Part shown: in pieces, positions 35,285-49,830 of the stretch
Numbering within the stretch: position 1 is the first letter of the stretch
Layout: the number at the start of each line of letters is the position of its first letter
Assembly (NCBI RefSeq): GCF_032062105.1
Contig: NW_026929140.1
Coordinates: 62,001-126,000, forward strand
Length of the DNA stretch: 64,000 nt
Direction: 5' to 3'
Source: Saccostrea cucullata
Taxonomy: Eukaryota
Translations under genes and position numbers: made by a program
Notes under the pieces: generated by a model
What the model was told of the DNA's origin: nothing
The model's database searches: none
The model's input: only the letters and a program-made list of their open reading frames with translations

Positions 35285-36804
35285 TACTGAGCAAAATAAG
35301 TTTAGCAATTAGAGATATTTAATTTATAACATGACCAAAAAATTAGACATAATATATTTATAATGAAATTAAAATGTAAGATTTGTATTCACATAAGAAA
35401 AATATGCAAATGTTATTGACAGTCTTGTTCTGATTCGTGAGAACTAGCGTGAAACTGATGAGGAAACAGGATGTAAAAGCACATTCAGTATCAATATTTC
35501 GTATGGCCTCCATTTGCAGCAATAACAGCAATACAGCGGCGTCTCATGCTCCTTAAAAGGTTTCTAATCTGAAGCATAGTGATTTGGTTACACTCCTACT
35601 GCAGGGCAAGGGTCAGTTCCGCAACGTTGTTGACGTTATTTCGCTGTCTTACACGACGACCAAGAATGTCCCAAACATGCTCAATTGGTGACAAATCTTG
35701 CGATCTCGCAGGCCAATCTAAGATTTCAACATTATTCTGATAAAGGACATCTTGTGTGTGGCGTGCGGTGTGCGGACGGGCGTTGTCTTGCTGGAAAATG
35801 CTTGCATTTCCTCGACGCAGGAAGGGGACAACAAAAGGAACGACGATCTCATCACAATACCTCTGCGAATTCAATGTTCCATTTATGGTCACAAGGTCAG
35901 TTTTTCACCGATGGCTTATTCCACCCCACACCATTACACTTCCTCCACCGTAACGGTCACGTTGGATGATGTTTTCGGGGTCACATCTCTCATTTCGACG
36001 TCTCCAAACTCGAACTCTTCCATCTGCAAAATCGACGTTAAAACGTGACTCATCCGTAAACAAAACTTCATTCCACTGTCGTTGAATCCAGCGACGATGG
36101 GTGTTGGCCCATGCAAGGCGAAATTGCCGATGACGTTGAGTTAAAGGCACAGCTTTTAGGGGTCTGCGAGCTCGAAGATTTGCTGAACGTAGCCTGTTTC
36201 TAACACTTTGCCCGCATAATCTCACTCCAGTAGCGCGGCGTAACTCTTCTGCAACTTCAGGAACAGCCATGAAACGGTTACGTCTCGACGTCGTAACAAT
36301 AAAACGATCTTGTCTGACAGTCGTTTTTCGTGGACGTCCTGAACGCTGTCGATCACTAACATTTCCAGTTGTCCGGAATCGGTTTGAAAGCCGACATATG
36401 GTAGACGGATGCACATCAAAATGTTCAGCAACATCTTTTTGTGAGCGGCCAGCGGTTAGCATCCCTATAGCCCCCTGACGTTCATTTTCGGCAAGTCCTG
36501 GTCGTTTCTCCATTAGACGTTTTTGCAATTTCTTACCGGTTTTCTTTTACAAGCGTGTTCGAAAGGTTTTTCGAGTAACATTTTTTTTCTCGGACCGTGT
36601 GCGTTCGAGCATAACCTATTGTATTGTTAAATTGTCAAAACGTTTAACGACACGAATTCCGCGCGTCAAGTTTAAAAAACAAGTTTGTCTTCTGTTAACT
36701 TTATCTCAATAGATTATGAGTAGAAACATAATAAAACAATAGAGAAAAAATATTTTAAAATTATACCAAGGGAAAATCAATTGCAAAACTTATTTTGCTC
36801 AGTA
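35285..36804 (-). mobile_element. Full-length Tc1 (DD34E) transposon
   Basis: TIR tactgagcaaaataagttt(a/t)gcaatt; TA TSD; 1520 bp. Confidence 0.92.
35491..36513 (-). pseudogene. Tc1 transposase with one frameshift and one premature stop
   Basis: Paired-like HTH, RSGRPRKT, FTDESRF, GGSVMVWG, QQDNARPH and DLSPIEH with D-34-E spacing; frameshift near 35908 and TAG at 35596-35598. Confidence 0.92.
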
Positions 36805-37059
36805 TATAATAAAAACTGTTTGAATGTTAAGTGAAATTGATACTAGTTGAATGGATTTAAAAGTAATCACTATCAGCATGTAACAACATGGCAATTATTT
36901 GTTTTTTATGCAAATATAATTATTGACAATTGCAATTAAAAGAGAAAAACATGTAAAATGTTGTTGTTAATGTCAAGATAAGACGAGTGCAAAAAGAAAC
37001 ATACGAGAAATGATTAAATGATCGCAACTACTTGAACTTCTTCAATAAAAGAAAAAAAT

Positions 37060-37500
37060 AAGGTTTCAGTGTTCATTATTTTTAAAGTAGTTCTTTCCGA
37101 CTTTAATACACAATTGCCATCGTTCTGCACATCCGCAAATCACGTGATGCGGGCAGTCGCGTGACATGCTCAATAGAGTTCTGTTCATGGAAGCTTAAGG
37201 ATCTTTCACAGTCTTATACATGTATTTCTTACCCGGCAAATTATTTTTATAACAACACGGCCTAATTTTATCAATTGTCAGATATGATCATATCTCGAAA
37301 TCGTATGGGTAGATATGGATATCCTGTCCAGGAATGAGCATGTGGACAATCACGATCCGAGTCCACTGTCTTTGCAGTGTCGTTTATCTAATGTGGATTA
37401 AGTATAAGTACATTCTTTTTGTCATATCTTATATGTTTGAAGTATAAGGTCAGCGATATTTTATGGATTTAATAATTATGTGATTGTAAAGATTTTCAAC
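37060..37500. repeat. Old dispersed repeat, homologous to ~44150-44600
   Basis: Shared blocks aatcacgtgat, gtgacatg, atgggt.gatatggatat, aatgagcatg, atccgagtcc and aatgtgga.taagtat in the same order; family not identified. Confidence 0.6.
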
Positions 37501-38904
37501 TATTTTCTCACTTAAATTTGGTGGTCTATCATAACAAATATCTCAAGTAATGACACATTTCTTCCTGAGCTTGCTTTCACTGGAGTAAAAAACAAATATC
37601 CTATTAAAGCGTCTCCTTCCTTCAGTAAAACAATCAATCCAATTAATGATTTAAATTTTGGAAAGTCTTTTGTCTTCATAAACCTTGTACAAATTATTAT
37701 ATTCTGCTGCAAAGGAATTTCCAAGATATACGTCAAACATTTCACTTTGTATCAAAATTACAATAAATATTTCAGTACTTTTTTGCATTATCACTGTTTC
37801 ATTCCCCTTGCTTAAGTTATTAGTACACCCTTACCATGACAGCTGCATGCGTCACCCTATATAACATGTACATCATAAAATCTTTTTAATGTTTTAAAAT
37901 GTTAGTTATAATATTTAGTTATTTTCAAAGAATATAAGTAGAAAGAAAGGCGAAAAAGGTTGCAAAAACTATTTTGGAACATATTCTGTTTTATTTTCCC
38001 TTAATGTGTCAAAGAAATGAAATCATGTTTATATACATTAGATTATTGAGTCATAGATTAAGAATTATGTGAAGAAATTGATAGGCATTAATATTAGACT
38101 GATGAATTCGAGGTCGTGAAATCAATTTCAGGCGTGAGATCTGTAGCAATTTTTTTTAAAGAAAAAGAAGTCTGGCTTTATTCTACTTACGCTACATAAA
38201 TCCAAAGGACACCATGCGAAAAGAGTAATGATTTACTCTAATATCATGTTGTACAACTAATCTACTTGACAAAGTGGATTTTTTAATATTTTTAATCAAA
38301 ATGATAGCTTTTATGTAGTTATATTCTACAATCTCCTGTATATGTTTTTTTTAAAAGAAAATTTTAATACATGTAACAGAAGCAGGCAAATGACAAGAAA
38401 GTTGATGTACATCTGTTAAATGATTTGGAAAATTTTTATGATTTTTAAAGACTTTGTTTGCAGAAAAAGTTAAACAAAGGTCGTGTTTGGTTTGACATGT
38501 TTCCAATTGTAAGGTCATTTCTTTTTATGTGGCAGAGGATAGTTTCGGAATAATTAAGTACCGGTCCAAAAAACCATACTATTGTTACATGTACAGGGAA
38601 TTCATTTTTTTCCAATTTTTTTTAAAAGCAACTCAATATTAAAGAAAATGTCATCCAAACGTTTTCATTGACAAAATACTGTCATATGCCCTTTGCCATT
38701 TTAAGTACGTTACACCCTTTTCAGATTATCAAAAACAGATGACTTACGGTGAGACACAGGGTGTTTCTGTTCGTCCGATATTAACCATATATTGATTGTT
38801 TATTGGGAATATTTTCTGTCGAAAGTAAAGCTTCAAAGCTCTTACATGTATATTGTAACATAGAATCGTCCAAATATTCAAACTCCAAACCGCAGTTATT
38901 AATC

Positions 38905-39140
38905 TTTGTTTATATGTTGTTTAAAGTCCTTCTCGGATTTCTTTTATTCATATGGAGACAAAAACCATTCGACGGTAGACGGCCGCAAATTTTAACCTAT
39001 ACTCGGCATCCATGGTCATTAAGCAGTGAAAGATTTATTTCATGCCAACACCTACTGCGACACAAGACCACGGTTTATACAGTCTCATTTGAAGGACTGG
39101 TCTTAACGTCCCATATGTGATTTCAACCTGCGACGTAAGA
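38905..39140 (-). mobile_element. Diverged SINE of the same family
   Basis: Recognisable tail and body (cctatactcggca, taagcagtga, cacctactgcgacac). Confidence 0.7.
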
Positions 39141-39589
39141 ATGAACTACATACACCGTGACTCTAGATCAGACGGTCTATCTACTCCAGCATGCTAGAGG
39201 TTAACTGCGAGATACTTTTGACTTGGCGCCGCGTAACCTCTAGCATCAATTGTAAAAATTCTCGCCTCTGAAGCCCCAAGTGGAAATAAATTATCTTTAT
39301 TAAAAATAAGGCTTTGCATATATACAAATGGCACGAAATAACAAAAAGCTCACTATGTACGATAAAAAAAAAAACAGAAAAAAACTACTGTCAATCTCTC
39401 GAATTAGAAAAAAAATTTCATTATTATTAAAATTGAAGCAGAAATTGAAACAAGTCATCTTTTTAAAATTCAGAACTCGAATGCAGAAATTCTGACGAAA
39501 GGAAACTACATGTAGTTTTAGGCAACGAAAATATCGTTTTCTGACTAGCAATCCGCAAAATAAATGTGAAGTTAAATCGAAAGTATTTC

Positions 39590-39936
39590 ATCGTTCATGG
39601 TAGCTCGTCGGTAGAGCGCTCGCTCTGTGATCGGGAGGTCGTGAGTTTGTATCTCAGCCGCGACTGACCAAGTCGATAAAATAGGTAGCAACTGTACCTT
39701 CGCCATGCAGTCGGCAATTTGAAGTGAAAGTTGCGGGTCTTCCGGATGAGACCTTAAAACCGATGTCCCATGTCAGTGGCAGGTGTTCGCACGATAAAGA
39801 TCTCTCACTGTTCAATGGCCCTGAATGCCGAGTAAAGGTCAAAATTTGAAGTACTTCACCGGCATACGTTGACGTCTGAATATGAGTGAACAGTTTTCGA
39901 GAGGGACGTTAAACACTATTATACAATCAATCAATC
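39590..39936 (+). mobile_element. Diverged full-length tRNA-derived SINE
   Basis: tRNA-like head ggtagctcgtcggtagagcg.., same body, (aatc)n tail, possible TSD aaagtatt. Confidence 0.85.
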
Positions 39937-42654
39937 TAAAGTATTACTTGTAACAAATTGAAATATTGACAATTTTCATTATTGAACAATTCTGCACACT
40001 GAATAAAATGGATTTTTTGATATCTTGTGACTTTCATACCCCATGCTAATACGTAGGTACCTGAAAATTACTTGTTGACAGTTTATTTCACGCCCAAATC
40101 TCAGGCGGAACAAGCTTGTTAGAAAATGGCTTTCGGATGTAAGAGTCCGAGGTATATAAGGAGCGTAGGGACGTTTACCTAGGCTCTTACTTTTAGGAGT
40201 AACATTCTATCCACTGCAAAACACAGGCGAGTTTAAAGCAGTTGTTAATATATTTGAAGCAAAATACCCAGGTCTGTTTCGTTGCTGCGTATGTACAGTG
40301 TATGCGTAGGTTTAAGTTCCATCTGACATAAAACATGCACAGGTATGTTAAGGTTACAACCAAACATTCTACTTGCCTATATGATATGACGTCATAGTAA
40401 GCTAAGTGACGTGACGTTTAGAGACAACAATTTTTTTAAATCGATATCCAAGATTGATTTGAGATCGTAAAAATGAATCAAAATATGCAGAGGCATAATA
40501 AAAACGGAATGTTGACCTTTCTGGGTCTCTGTATTTATCACAGAAGTTCAATACCAAACCTGTGACGACATAACTGTTGATCATGCAGTAGCCGAGTGAA
40601 AGTGAAACGTAAGGAGAATTTAAGTAAACAAACACAAGAAAATGAAGCTTAAAAGCATTTAGAATGAACATAAAGTGTGATTCATGTGGGAATAAAGCTT
40701 ATGAATAAGATATGCTAATATAATTCTACAATTTCTTCACAAAATAAATGCAGACAGGGTGTTTACTTGCCGATCAGCCTTTCCTCTGTCGTTCGCAACA
40801 AAAAAGATGCAAATAGTTCAACACTACGCTGCACTCTTTATTTTCTATCTAAAAGTCTTATTCTATTGTTTTTGGAAAGTGTTGCTAGAATCGTATGGTT
40901 TACTGGAATTGATCATTTTTTTCGATCTTATGATCAAAATGTAAAAATTTTAGCACGGTTTTGTCCGAAAGTGTTGAATGATTACTAAGTATTTCTGTGA
41001 TAGGATAGTAGGATTCTAGCAGCACTTTTCGTTGTACAGAGATATTTTTACATAACTATTATTATAAATTGAAATTAATCATCCACGTTGTAGTGTTGAA
41101 CTTTTCACGTTTTCATTAAGGCATATTTTCTAATTATAGACGTCACGTGGTGACGTCGTCGTGAAGTACTTTCTGTAATACAAGACCCATTGAAATCTAC
41201 AGAATGCATAATGGTAGCAAAAGTTTTATCCATGACTTTTCCGATTTATAAGTTTTACATATTAGCAAAGGTGTTAATTCGCCGAATTCTGATCCGTGTG
41301 CGGCCTTAACAAATCCGTTTGTCAAGTATGTACCTTTCTCAAGCGTTAAAAAGACGTTTTTTACAAAACGAAATCTTAAAATATGCCATCTTTGATTTAA
41401 AATTCAAAATGTCATAATACAAATATTAATCCACGTGCTTATCTCATATCCAATATATCTTGGAACTATAAACTGAAGGTTGAAAAATCAAGAACAGGTT
41501 TGAGGAAGACCAAAAAAATTGATATGAACATGCATATTGGCCAGAACGGACCGATCGCGATTTCAGGCTTCCGTAGAACGTGTATTGCATGAATGTTAGA
41601 TAACGCACGACGGATTTCGATATAGTGCTGATAGATGCAGTAGTTAAATTGAGAGAAAAAAATGTGTTGTTGCCCCAGAAACATGCTTGATAATTCCAGA
41701 TAGGAAAACTATCTGTAAAAAAATGAAGGAATCTTGTGGTTTTTTTTAAAAATGGAATTAAATTAAAATGCTAACCGGGGAATAATACAAATGGTAAGTA
41801 AATGTATCATTTCCACAGACTGTTTTGATTTTTAACAAATCTAAACAAAAGCAACTTCATGCGAAGATTAATTTTCAATATTCATGTTATAATTTTTTTT
41901 AATTGCTCTTTTTTATTTCTCAAATTTTTCCTCAAAGATGAATAATGCTGGTACATTATTCATAAAAAAAATGAATAACGTGTATAAATTCTTCAGCAAG
42001 GGTAGACAACTAATCCCTTCTCTGCTATTTCCTGGGTTCTGAGTCTTGGCCCTGTTCTCGATTTTTTTTGTTAAGGAGATTTATGAGATTATATACTTTT
42101 CGTTATTTTTACCATTTCCATTGAAGTACTTAATTATATTCAAAAGGAATACCAAGAAAAGTACACACAGTGCCATTCAGAAAGAAAGAAATTGTTGTTT
42201 CTGATATAAGCAGTACATGCAATAGATCAATCAGTATAGCATTAAGATCTTGTAATTTGAGTGGCTCTTATTTCAATTTGAGACTAAATCAGAGAATAAT
42301 CCGGATTTTTCTCTTGAAAACACATTTTTTTTAAATCAAACAATCTGACACCACTAGTTCATGCGTGTTCTTTCTGTTTAGTTTCTTAAAATTCTTTTCT
42401 CAATTATATAAGAATACTTGACTTATCATATTTTAAACATCCGCTTCCTATGTAAGATTAATAACTAAATGTTGGACTAAATTATTTTATTAAAATTTCC
42501 AAAAAATATTCATTTTCACTAAAAATATATTAACTAGCTTTGTCATAGATTTCTTGAAATAATGTGATCTGTGTCATACATGAAATACTCAAGGATTGCT
42601 TTTTTAAAAAATCATGTTATCTTCAAATTTAACATGTTTTATGTTCACATATTT

Positions 42655-43155
42655 TTAAGGGGCCTAGACACAGATTCAACTGATTTTTTAAAACCAATTT
42701 TTAATGTTTACAATTCCTTCTGAAAGCATCATCTATTAATTAGCAAAAGTCTAAACATGATTTGTTGATCAACAAACAAGAAACAGAACTTGTGGTTTTT
42801 CATGATGTAAACAAGGTTTGTGTCTTGTTTTTGTTTACTATAGAAAATACTATATTTATAACAAAATTGAGTGCATCATGTCAATAATAACTGTCGAATC
42901 GTATTTAAAATAAACCTTTAATTGAAATTATCTACTTTGAACGAACATATAAGTTTTAGTATATTAACCTGTGTAAACAAAAACGACACTAACCTTGTTT
43001 ACATTATAAATGTTTGGAGCTCTAACTCTGTCTTGTATCTGGACAACTGGTGTTCAAATTTTTTGATGATCATTAGAAAAACCCTAGTTCAATATTTGTA
43101 AAAATGGAAAAAATAGGTTTTGAAATTTTAGCTGAAACTGTTTCCATTCCCCTTT
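42655..43155. mobile_element. Probable TTAA-type MITE with internal inverted repeats
   Basis: ttaagggg ... ccccttt termini; internal tgtaaacaaggtttgtgtcttgtttttgtttac is inverted relative to gtaaacaaaaacgacactaaccttgtttaca. Confidence 0.45.
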
Positions 43156-44149
43156 CATATTTTCCCCATTTCTTCATTCGTGATATATCTGCTAAAATAA
43201 CAATCAAATACAGAAAAAAATTCAAGAAAACAATTTATTACTGCGCAAAACTTTTAAAGATTAGTCATAAAGAGTTCATTTGACCCATTTCCGTCGTTCT
43301 CATAAATTAATGTTTGTAAGAGCTTCATGCTATTTATCACACAGGAAGCACATGAAATCTGAGATTAAGCGCCCTAGATGATTTTATCATAATGAATGAA
43401 AACTTTTTATTTGCTATAAAGTAGGCTGAGCGCCTAGGGATGCCTAATATATTGAGAAAAATATACATGTAGTTCCTTGATTTTTTAAGTAACATTAAAT
43501 GAACAAGTTAAAGATATTTAAATGTCATAACAAAATAATGTATAAATAATGTAAGCTTTATTTGCACAAAATGTTACCGTTACGGTTTATTTTCATAACC
43601 TATGCACTGTATTAGTTCTGACTTTTTTCAAATGGTTCATAGTCATCAGATGGTTTTGATTATATAAAGCCTGTACTGTATATTATTCAGTTAGTGACAA
43701 GTGTACCAGTCAGATTATCATTATTTGTAGCAATTAACACACAATTATTAACACTGAGTAAAAGAATTAGTGATTAATTTTGTAGAAATGTAATGATTTC
43801 AGATGAAAGTGTTGAGTAAATATATTAAAAACTATAGATACTATGCACACTGAGCTCACAAAATAATACCTCCGTTTCGATCCAAAATGATTCAATAATG
43901 GCAAAGACAAAGTTTTGCTATGGGAGACCCCAAATTAGAGTCAGATCAAAAAGTAAAATAGGTGTACAATGACACTATGTAATAAAGAATCTGCAAAAGT
44001 ACCATTGAATTTTATTCAGTTGTAAAGGCGGATAACAGATGGGTTAACCCTATAATATTAAAAAAAGAATGGCAGAATACTTGTTTTGCTATGGGAAACA
44101 TGAATTACGACGTCTGATCAAATAGTTTGCAAACTAATTGAATTCCTTT

Positions 44150-44600
44150 CATAAAAGAATTAAAACTAGGTTTCAATGTACATTATTTTTAAAGTGTCCT
44201 CTCCAGTTTTAATGCACATCTGCCACCATTCTGTCCATGCGCGAATCACGTGATCCAGTCTGCCAGTGACATGTTCCTTCGTGCATTTCGCAGAAGCTAA
44301 TAAAGATTTTCCCGAGTATTACATGTCTTACTTTGGAAGTAATTTTTCAGAAAAAATGGTCCTTTTGTCAGAAATGGCCATATCTCGGCAATAGCATGGG
44401 TGGATATGGATATTTTTTTCCAAAAATGAGCATGGGGACCATTACAATCCGAGTCCTCAGCCTAAAGAGCGTCATTTATCCAATGTGGACTAAGTATTGG
44501 CGCCTTCTTTTGTTACATCTTTTGTGTTTAAATTCTGAAGTAACCGATATTTTAATGATTTAATAACTCGTATATTATTGTTATAAAATAATCAACTATT
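44150..44600. repeat. Old dispersed repeat, homologous to ~37060-37500
   Basis: Same shared blocks as the 37060-37500 entry. Confidence 0.6.
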
Positions 44601-46359
44601 TTGCTAACTTTAAAGATGAACACGATTCGTAAAAGTACTGTTTCCGCCATTTTAGTTCCCGGGTCTCGCTACCCTGCAGACCCCTATGAATAGGGCAAGA
44701 ACTAGATGCTGTTTAGTTAAATCAGCTGACACTGGTGTGGACGGATGTATACTATACAGGACTTGGTAGCGAGAATAATAAAGTAATACTTCGTCTTATG
44801 CATGAAAATAAGATACCAAATAAATTTTAAATTATAGTTGTATAAGTCAGTGCAGTATAGAAACAATATAGATAAACGTAACTGCAATAAAATATAAACA
44901 AAGGCAATGCAAGATAACCAGCGCGAACACGGGTCGCCATTCCACGCCGATACCTGTGACAATAAAGCAGTCAGGTGTAACGAATTCTGATTTTTTTTTT
45001 TACCGTGTAGGTTAACTGTTGTTCCTTAATTCATGAATAATATTTACAGTGACGGTAATAATTTTCAAGCTTTGTCGCGTTGTAAAATTAACAAACTTCA
45101 TGAACACATAATTATAAAATTCAGTATCAATAAAAAAAAAATACACGTGAGCTACTTTCATATGCTTCATTGGTCGATCAAATTAAATTTGTTTTATATG
45201 TTCGCTAAACATGTGTCTACAAAAACTTTAAGATATTTCTGGAGAGGAAATTGAACGTTTCAATTAGGTCACAGCAGGGTTTCAATGTCTGCAACATTTC
45301 ATGTTATCTCTACGCTATCATTTTATAGTCGTGGACTGCTCCACAGAAGTGTGATTAATCATGTTCACTTCTTATCTCTTTTTAAAATCCTTAGGGGTAT
45401 CAAGATCCAAGAAATATTTCAAGAATGTAAACTTGCATGTCTGGACTTAAATCAATTATAAATTTTAGGTGCATCTATTTTCTTTCTGAGCAAGAATTTT
45501 CTATAGAAAAAAATAATATATAAATTCAAAATTTTCATTTTGCAATACATTTTACCAACATCGGCATCATAGGTTTTCTACCCTATACTATTGAAAGTAG
45601 TATCGGAAACGGATAGAAAACCCGTGGGTTCCGACAATGGCATTTTACAAAACGACTCTTAATTCCAAACTTCTCTTCATACCTCAATTTGCATTCGTAT
45701 GTAATATTTTTCTAAATATATACACATGGTACTGTAGATGCTGCTATATTTATACCTGTCACTAATTGTCCTGAATTATTTAAAATTTCTAGACAGATCA
45801 AGCATTGACAGACCAGAGCGGGGGGCGGGGTTCCATGGCTTTGATTCCCTTCTTTTTTTTTGTGCAGAGAGAAAGAGAGAGAATAACTTTTCTATAATAA
45901 AGATATTAATACGTCTAGTCATTTGAAAAATAAAAAAAATTGCTGTCATTTCTGCTCGCTAGATCTGTAGATTATCTCGTATATGCTTTCCGCCGTGTAC
46001 CTTCACAACCCCGTCTATAAGGGCTCAGAACATCAAAAAGCTGTTTGATTAAAATCAAACCTTCACTAGCTCCTTTTTCTTCACTCGACAAGCAAAATAA
46101 AAAGGAGCTCACATCAAAGTGATTATACTTATCAAATTGACAAATAATTTTTATTTTTCTAAACGTGTGCTTCGTCCATACGTTTCGTCAGTAACATGGG
46201 TAACAAAGTAAACAAGTTTACCATTCGTTCGTTACGTGTTTGGTGTTCTCTAGTGAACATTTTCGGAATCTCATACACCTGACAGCGTACTACGGACTGC
46301 AGACTTTCGAACAAAAGACCGCTTTCAGGGAATGTATAGAAATTCGTTTTCGGTCTTTC

Positions 46360-47093
46360 TTAAAGCTGCTTAATCCGAAACAGGCACATGTTTTCTTACA
46401 CAATAAAAGTACGTCATTACATAGAAAAAATAAATAATAAGATTGATTGAATAGTTTATTACAACAATCCTTACAAAGAAAACATAGATCAAAAACCTTA
46501 CTGACAAACAGAACTTCCTGACGGGAAGTTAAGATCTGTTGTGAAGTCACCTTTGAAAAAAAAATAATTTATTGGTTTTATCCTATTATGAAGATAATTC
46601 AATCCCGAGTATTTTTTTCCATTAGTAGAAGTCATAGAAATCATAATATATATTTTAAAAATTAAGGAATTAATTGAATATAATCCATAGATCTACTTTA
46701 TTTTTATATAAATATGCATATTTAAAGAATTAAGCCCAATTTAAGGAAAATCAGATATTTGTATAAGGAAGTTTGGTAACGAAGGGTAAAATGTTGTCTG
46801 TGTACAGGTATAAGTACTTTGTTGTGAAAACAAATATTCGGAATTGTTTTTCATGAGATAAGCGATAAATCTAATTTTTTCGAAGGTGGTTTCACGCGAT
46901 ATCAACATAGGAATATTTTTTGTGTGTCCTTACAAAAAAAATCTTTTTTTAACTTTTGAATTTTGATATTTTTTAAAAGAAAAAGTCCTTGGGGATATAA
47001 TTTGACAAAAGTTGAAACAATTTATAGACAATTATTTTTCAAGAAGAAAAACGAATATATTTTTTGCGATTAGAATTGGACTAGGCGGCTTTA
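46360..47093. mobile_element. TTAA-flanked non-autonomous DNA element (Kolobok-like), copy 2
   Basis: ttaaagctgcttaatccgaaacaggcac ... ggcggctttaa; inverted homologue of 11301-12043. Confidence 0.7.
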
Positions 47094-48329
47094 ACTTTAG
47101 TGTACCAATTTTCACTATTCTGGGAATTTTTCCATGCATGTGACACGATTTAAACATGGCAACAGATAAAAGAATCAACAGAATTACAAGCGTAATTTGT
47201 GTTTATTAGGTGATAAATTGTATCTATATGCATTTTGATAATATGCACAAACGTGCAGGTATTGTACAAGTATCTGCAATATATATATTTTTTGGAAATA
47301 TATATGGACCACAAGAACAAGGGACAGACAAAGTTGAAAACATTTCTATGGAAAAAGGAAATATGAAAGTCTAGAATCGCCGTCAAATATTTCACAAACC
47401 CTGTAAACTAGTAAATAATTTTTGTATTTTCCAAATGATGCCGAATTCAGTTATTGATTTCGTGAGAAAAAAGATAAAAGAGGGTGCATTTTTTAATACG
47501 TGTTTTTTCTTTAAATAAATATCTATAAATTGATCTTAGTCTAACATCCCACACCCCCCACCTCCACCACCCAAACCCACACCCACTATTCAGGTGATAG
47601 GTATTCACTGTCTACCTCATTACACTTAATGAGTAAAATCACTTATTAGTTATATACTCAACAATTGAAAATAGAATGTTGTGAAAGATACCATCATTAA
47701 TTTATCATGTTAATCATATTTTTTAAGTTAAGTTATTGAGAAGTTTGGAAAATAAACACATATTCTGGATTAGATAAACAATAAGCAGTATGCATGTTTA
47801 TCTAAGAAATAATGTTAAGAGGGCTTAAATTCTCTAGAATTTTGTAGGTTTGCAAGGGGTTAATTGTATCTTCATAAAAATAATTAATAGTAATTTTCTA
47901 CACAAATAGTAGAATTGCAATAATCAATTTTAAAATGAAATGCGATACGTAGAGGTATATTCGTTTTACGCTCTTGACATGTTCCATCCCTTGTAAAGTC
48001 CACAGTCCATAGTACGTTGTCAGGTGTTCGTGATTCCGAAAATGTTCATTTGGAGATGATTTAGCAAAATCACTCAAAGAAGCAAGACAAGTTTGTAATG
48101 TTGGAAGAAATTTCCAGTCAAAAAACGGAAAACGATTCTGGAATCGCCCGAGAAAAGACTTCGGTTGGATTAGAACCGTGCAAACGAAGATGCGAGAAAT
48201 CTAAAGAAATTCAAGAAAACATAAAAGAAAAACAAAGCACACCATCGATTGGGGTAAGCTTGGAAATCAAGCATGATTTGCATGAAAATATTACTGAATT
48301 TGAAAAACAATTTTGTGATTTTATTCAAG

Positions 48330-49830
48330 ATGTAATGGCAGAGGCTCAGAGAAATATAAAATATTTTGAAGGTGCTAGAATAAAGCATTGTTTAAATCAA
48401 TGGGAAGAGATAACATCTGACAAAGAGATTATAAAAATTGTCAATGGCATAGAACTAGAATTTAAATTGGGTCAAATGCCAATCCAAACAAAAATTCCTA
48501 AAGAATGACAATTTAAAGATGAGGAGAAAATAGCTATTGACATGGAAATAGATAAAGTAATAGCAAAAAAGATTGTCTTTGAAAAAGAATATGAGCAGGA
48601 TCAATTCATTTCGCCAATTTTTCTTAGACATAAAAAGAATGGTACATTCAGACTTATTTGTAATCTGAAAGAATTGAATGAGTTCATAGTGTACAGGCAT
48701 TTTAAGACGGAATCTTTGCAATCAGCATTACGTATGATTACAAAAGATTGTTATATGGCTTCTATTGATTTGAAGGATGCGTATTATTGTATATCAATTT
48801 CTGAAAAATATCAGAAATATATGAAGTTTGTGTTGGATTCAAAATTATACATGTTTAATGCTCGTCCCATGGGGTTATGTATGAGTCCTCGTTTATTTAC
48901 GAAAGTGCTTAAACCCATTTGTTTCTTCTTTGAGGCAAAGTGGACATCAGTCTGTTGTTTACATTGATGATACTTATTTACAAGGAGAAACTGTTGATAC
49001 AGTGTATATGTAACAAAAATGTAATGGCTACAATTGAAATGTTGTCAAAGTTTGGATTTGTTCCAAACACAGATAAGTCCGTGTTTTATGCAACACAGAA
49101 ATTAGAATTCTTAGGGTTTATTTTGAATTCGAAAGAAATGTCAGTAGCATTGACAGAGCATAAAGTGAAAAAAATTGTATCATTATGTTCAGAATTTTTG
49201 AAAGTACGAAAGCAAACAATATAAGAGATCTTAGTGTATTGATTGAGAACTTAGTAGCAAGTTTTCCCGCAGTACTACATGGTCAATTATTTAACAATCA
49301 GTTAGAAAATGAGAAAATAAAGATGTTGAAAGCATCAAATGGGAATTTTGATGCTCAAATTACACTCTCTGAGTTAGCACTAAGCGATATCAACTGGTGG
49401 TCATGTAATATCTCTAAGACCAAGGCACCAATGACCAGATGTCAGCCTGACATAGTTATTGAAACTGATGCGATTCATTTAAGTTGGGGCTACAATTGTA
49501 AGAGTCTTGAAATATCAACAGGTGACCCTTGGTTAGAAGGAAAAAATAAATTTCACATCAATGTGCTCGAACTGAAAGCTGCTTATTTCGCCTCTTTGCC
49601 AGGACAAGCATTATTCCCATGTGAAAATTTTGATTGACAACACAACGGCTGTGGCTTACATAAAGGAACGGAGGGGGGGGGGCAGCAAATCTTTGCAATG
49701 TAATGAATTGGCCAGAAGAATATGGTTATGGGCTTATGATAAAAAATTTTGGTTATCAGCATCACATATTCCAGGTAAAGATAATTGTGATGCAGATTAT
49801 AAAAGTAGACATTTTAAAATCGAGCATAAA
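48330..49830 (+). pseudogene. DIRS1 reverse transcriptase / RNase H, disrupted
   Basis: FISPIFLRHKKNGTFRLICNLK, SIDLKDAYY, PMGLCMSPRLFTK, VYIDD (~48955, shifted frame), IETDA, HINVLELKA, DNTTAVAYI and HIPGKDNCDAD. Confidence 0.9.

Noticed and set aside
41768-41799. ATG|gtaagt donor as a possible first exon of gene C
   Set aside because: Splicing to 56274 puts this ATG out of frame with the D8C exons; there is no other support and it is 14 kb away.
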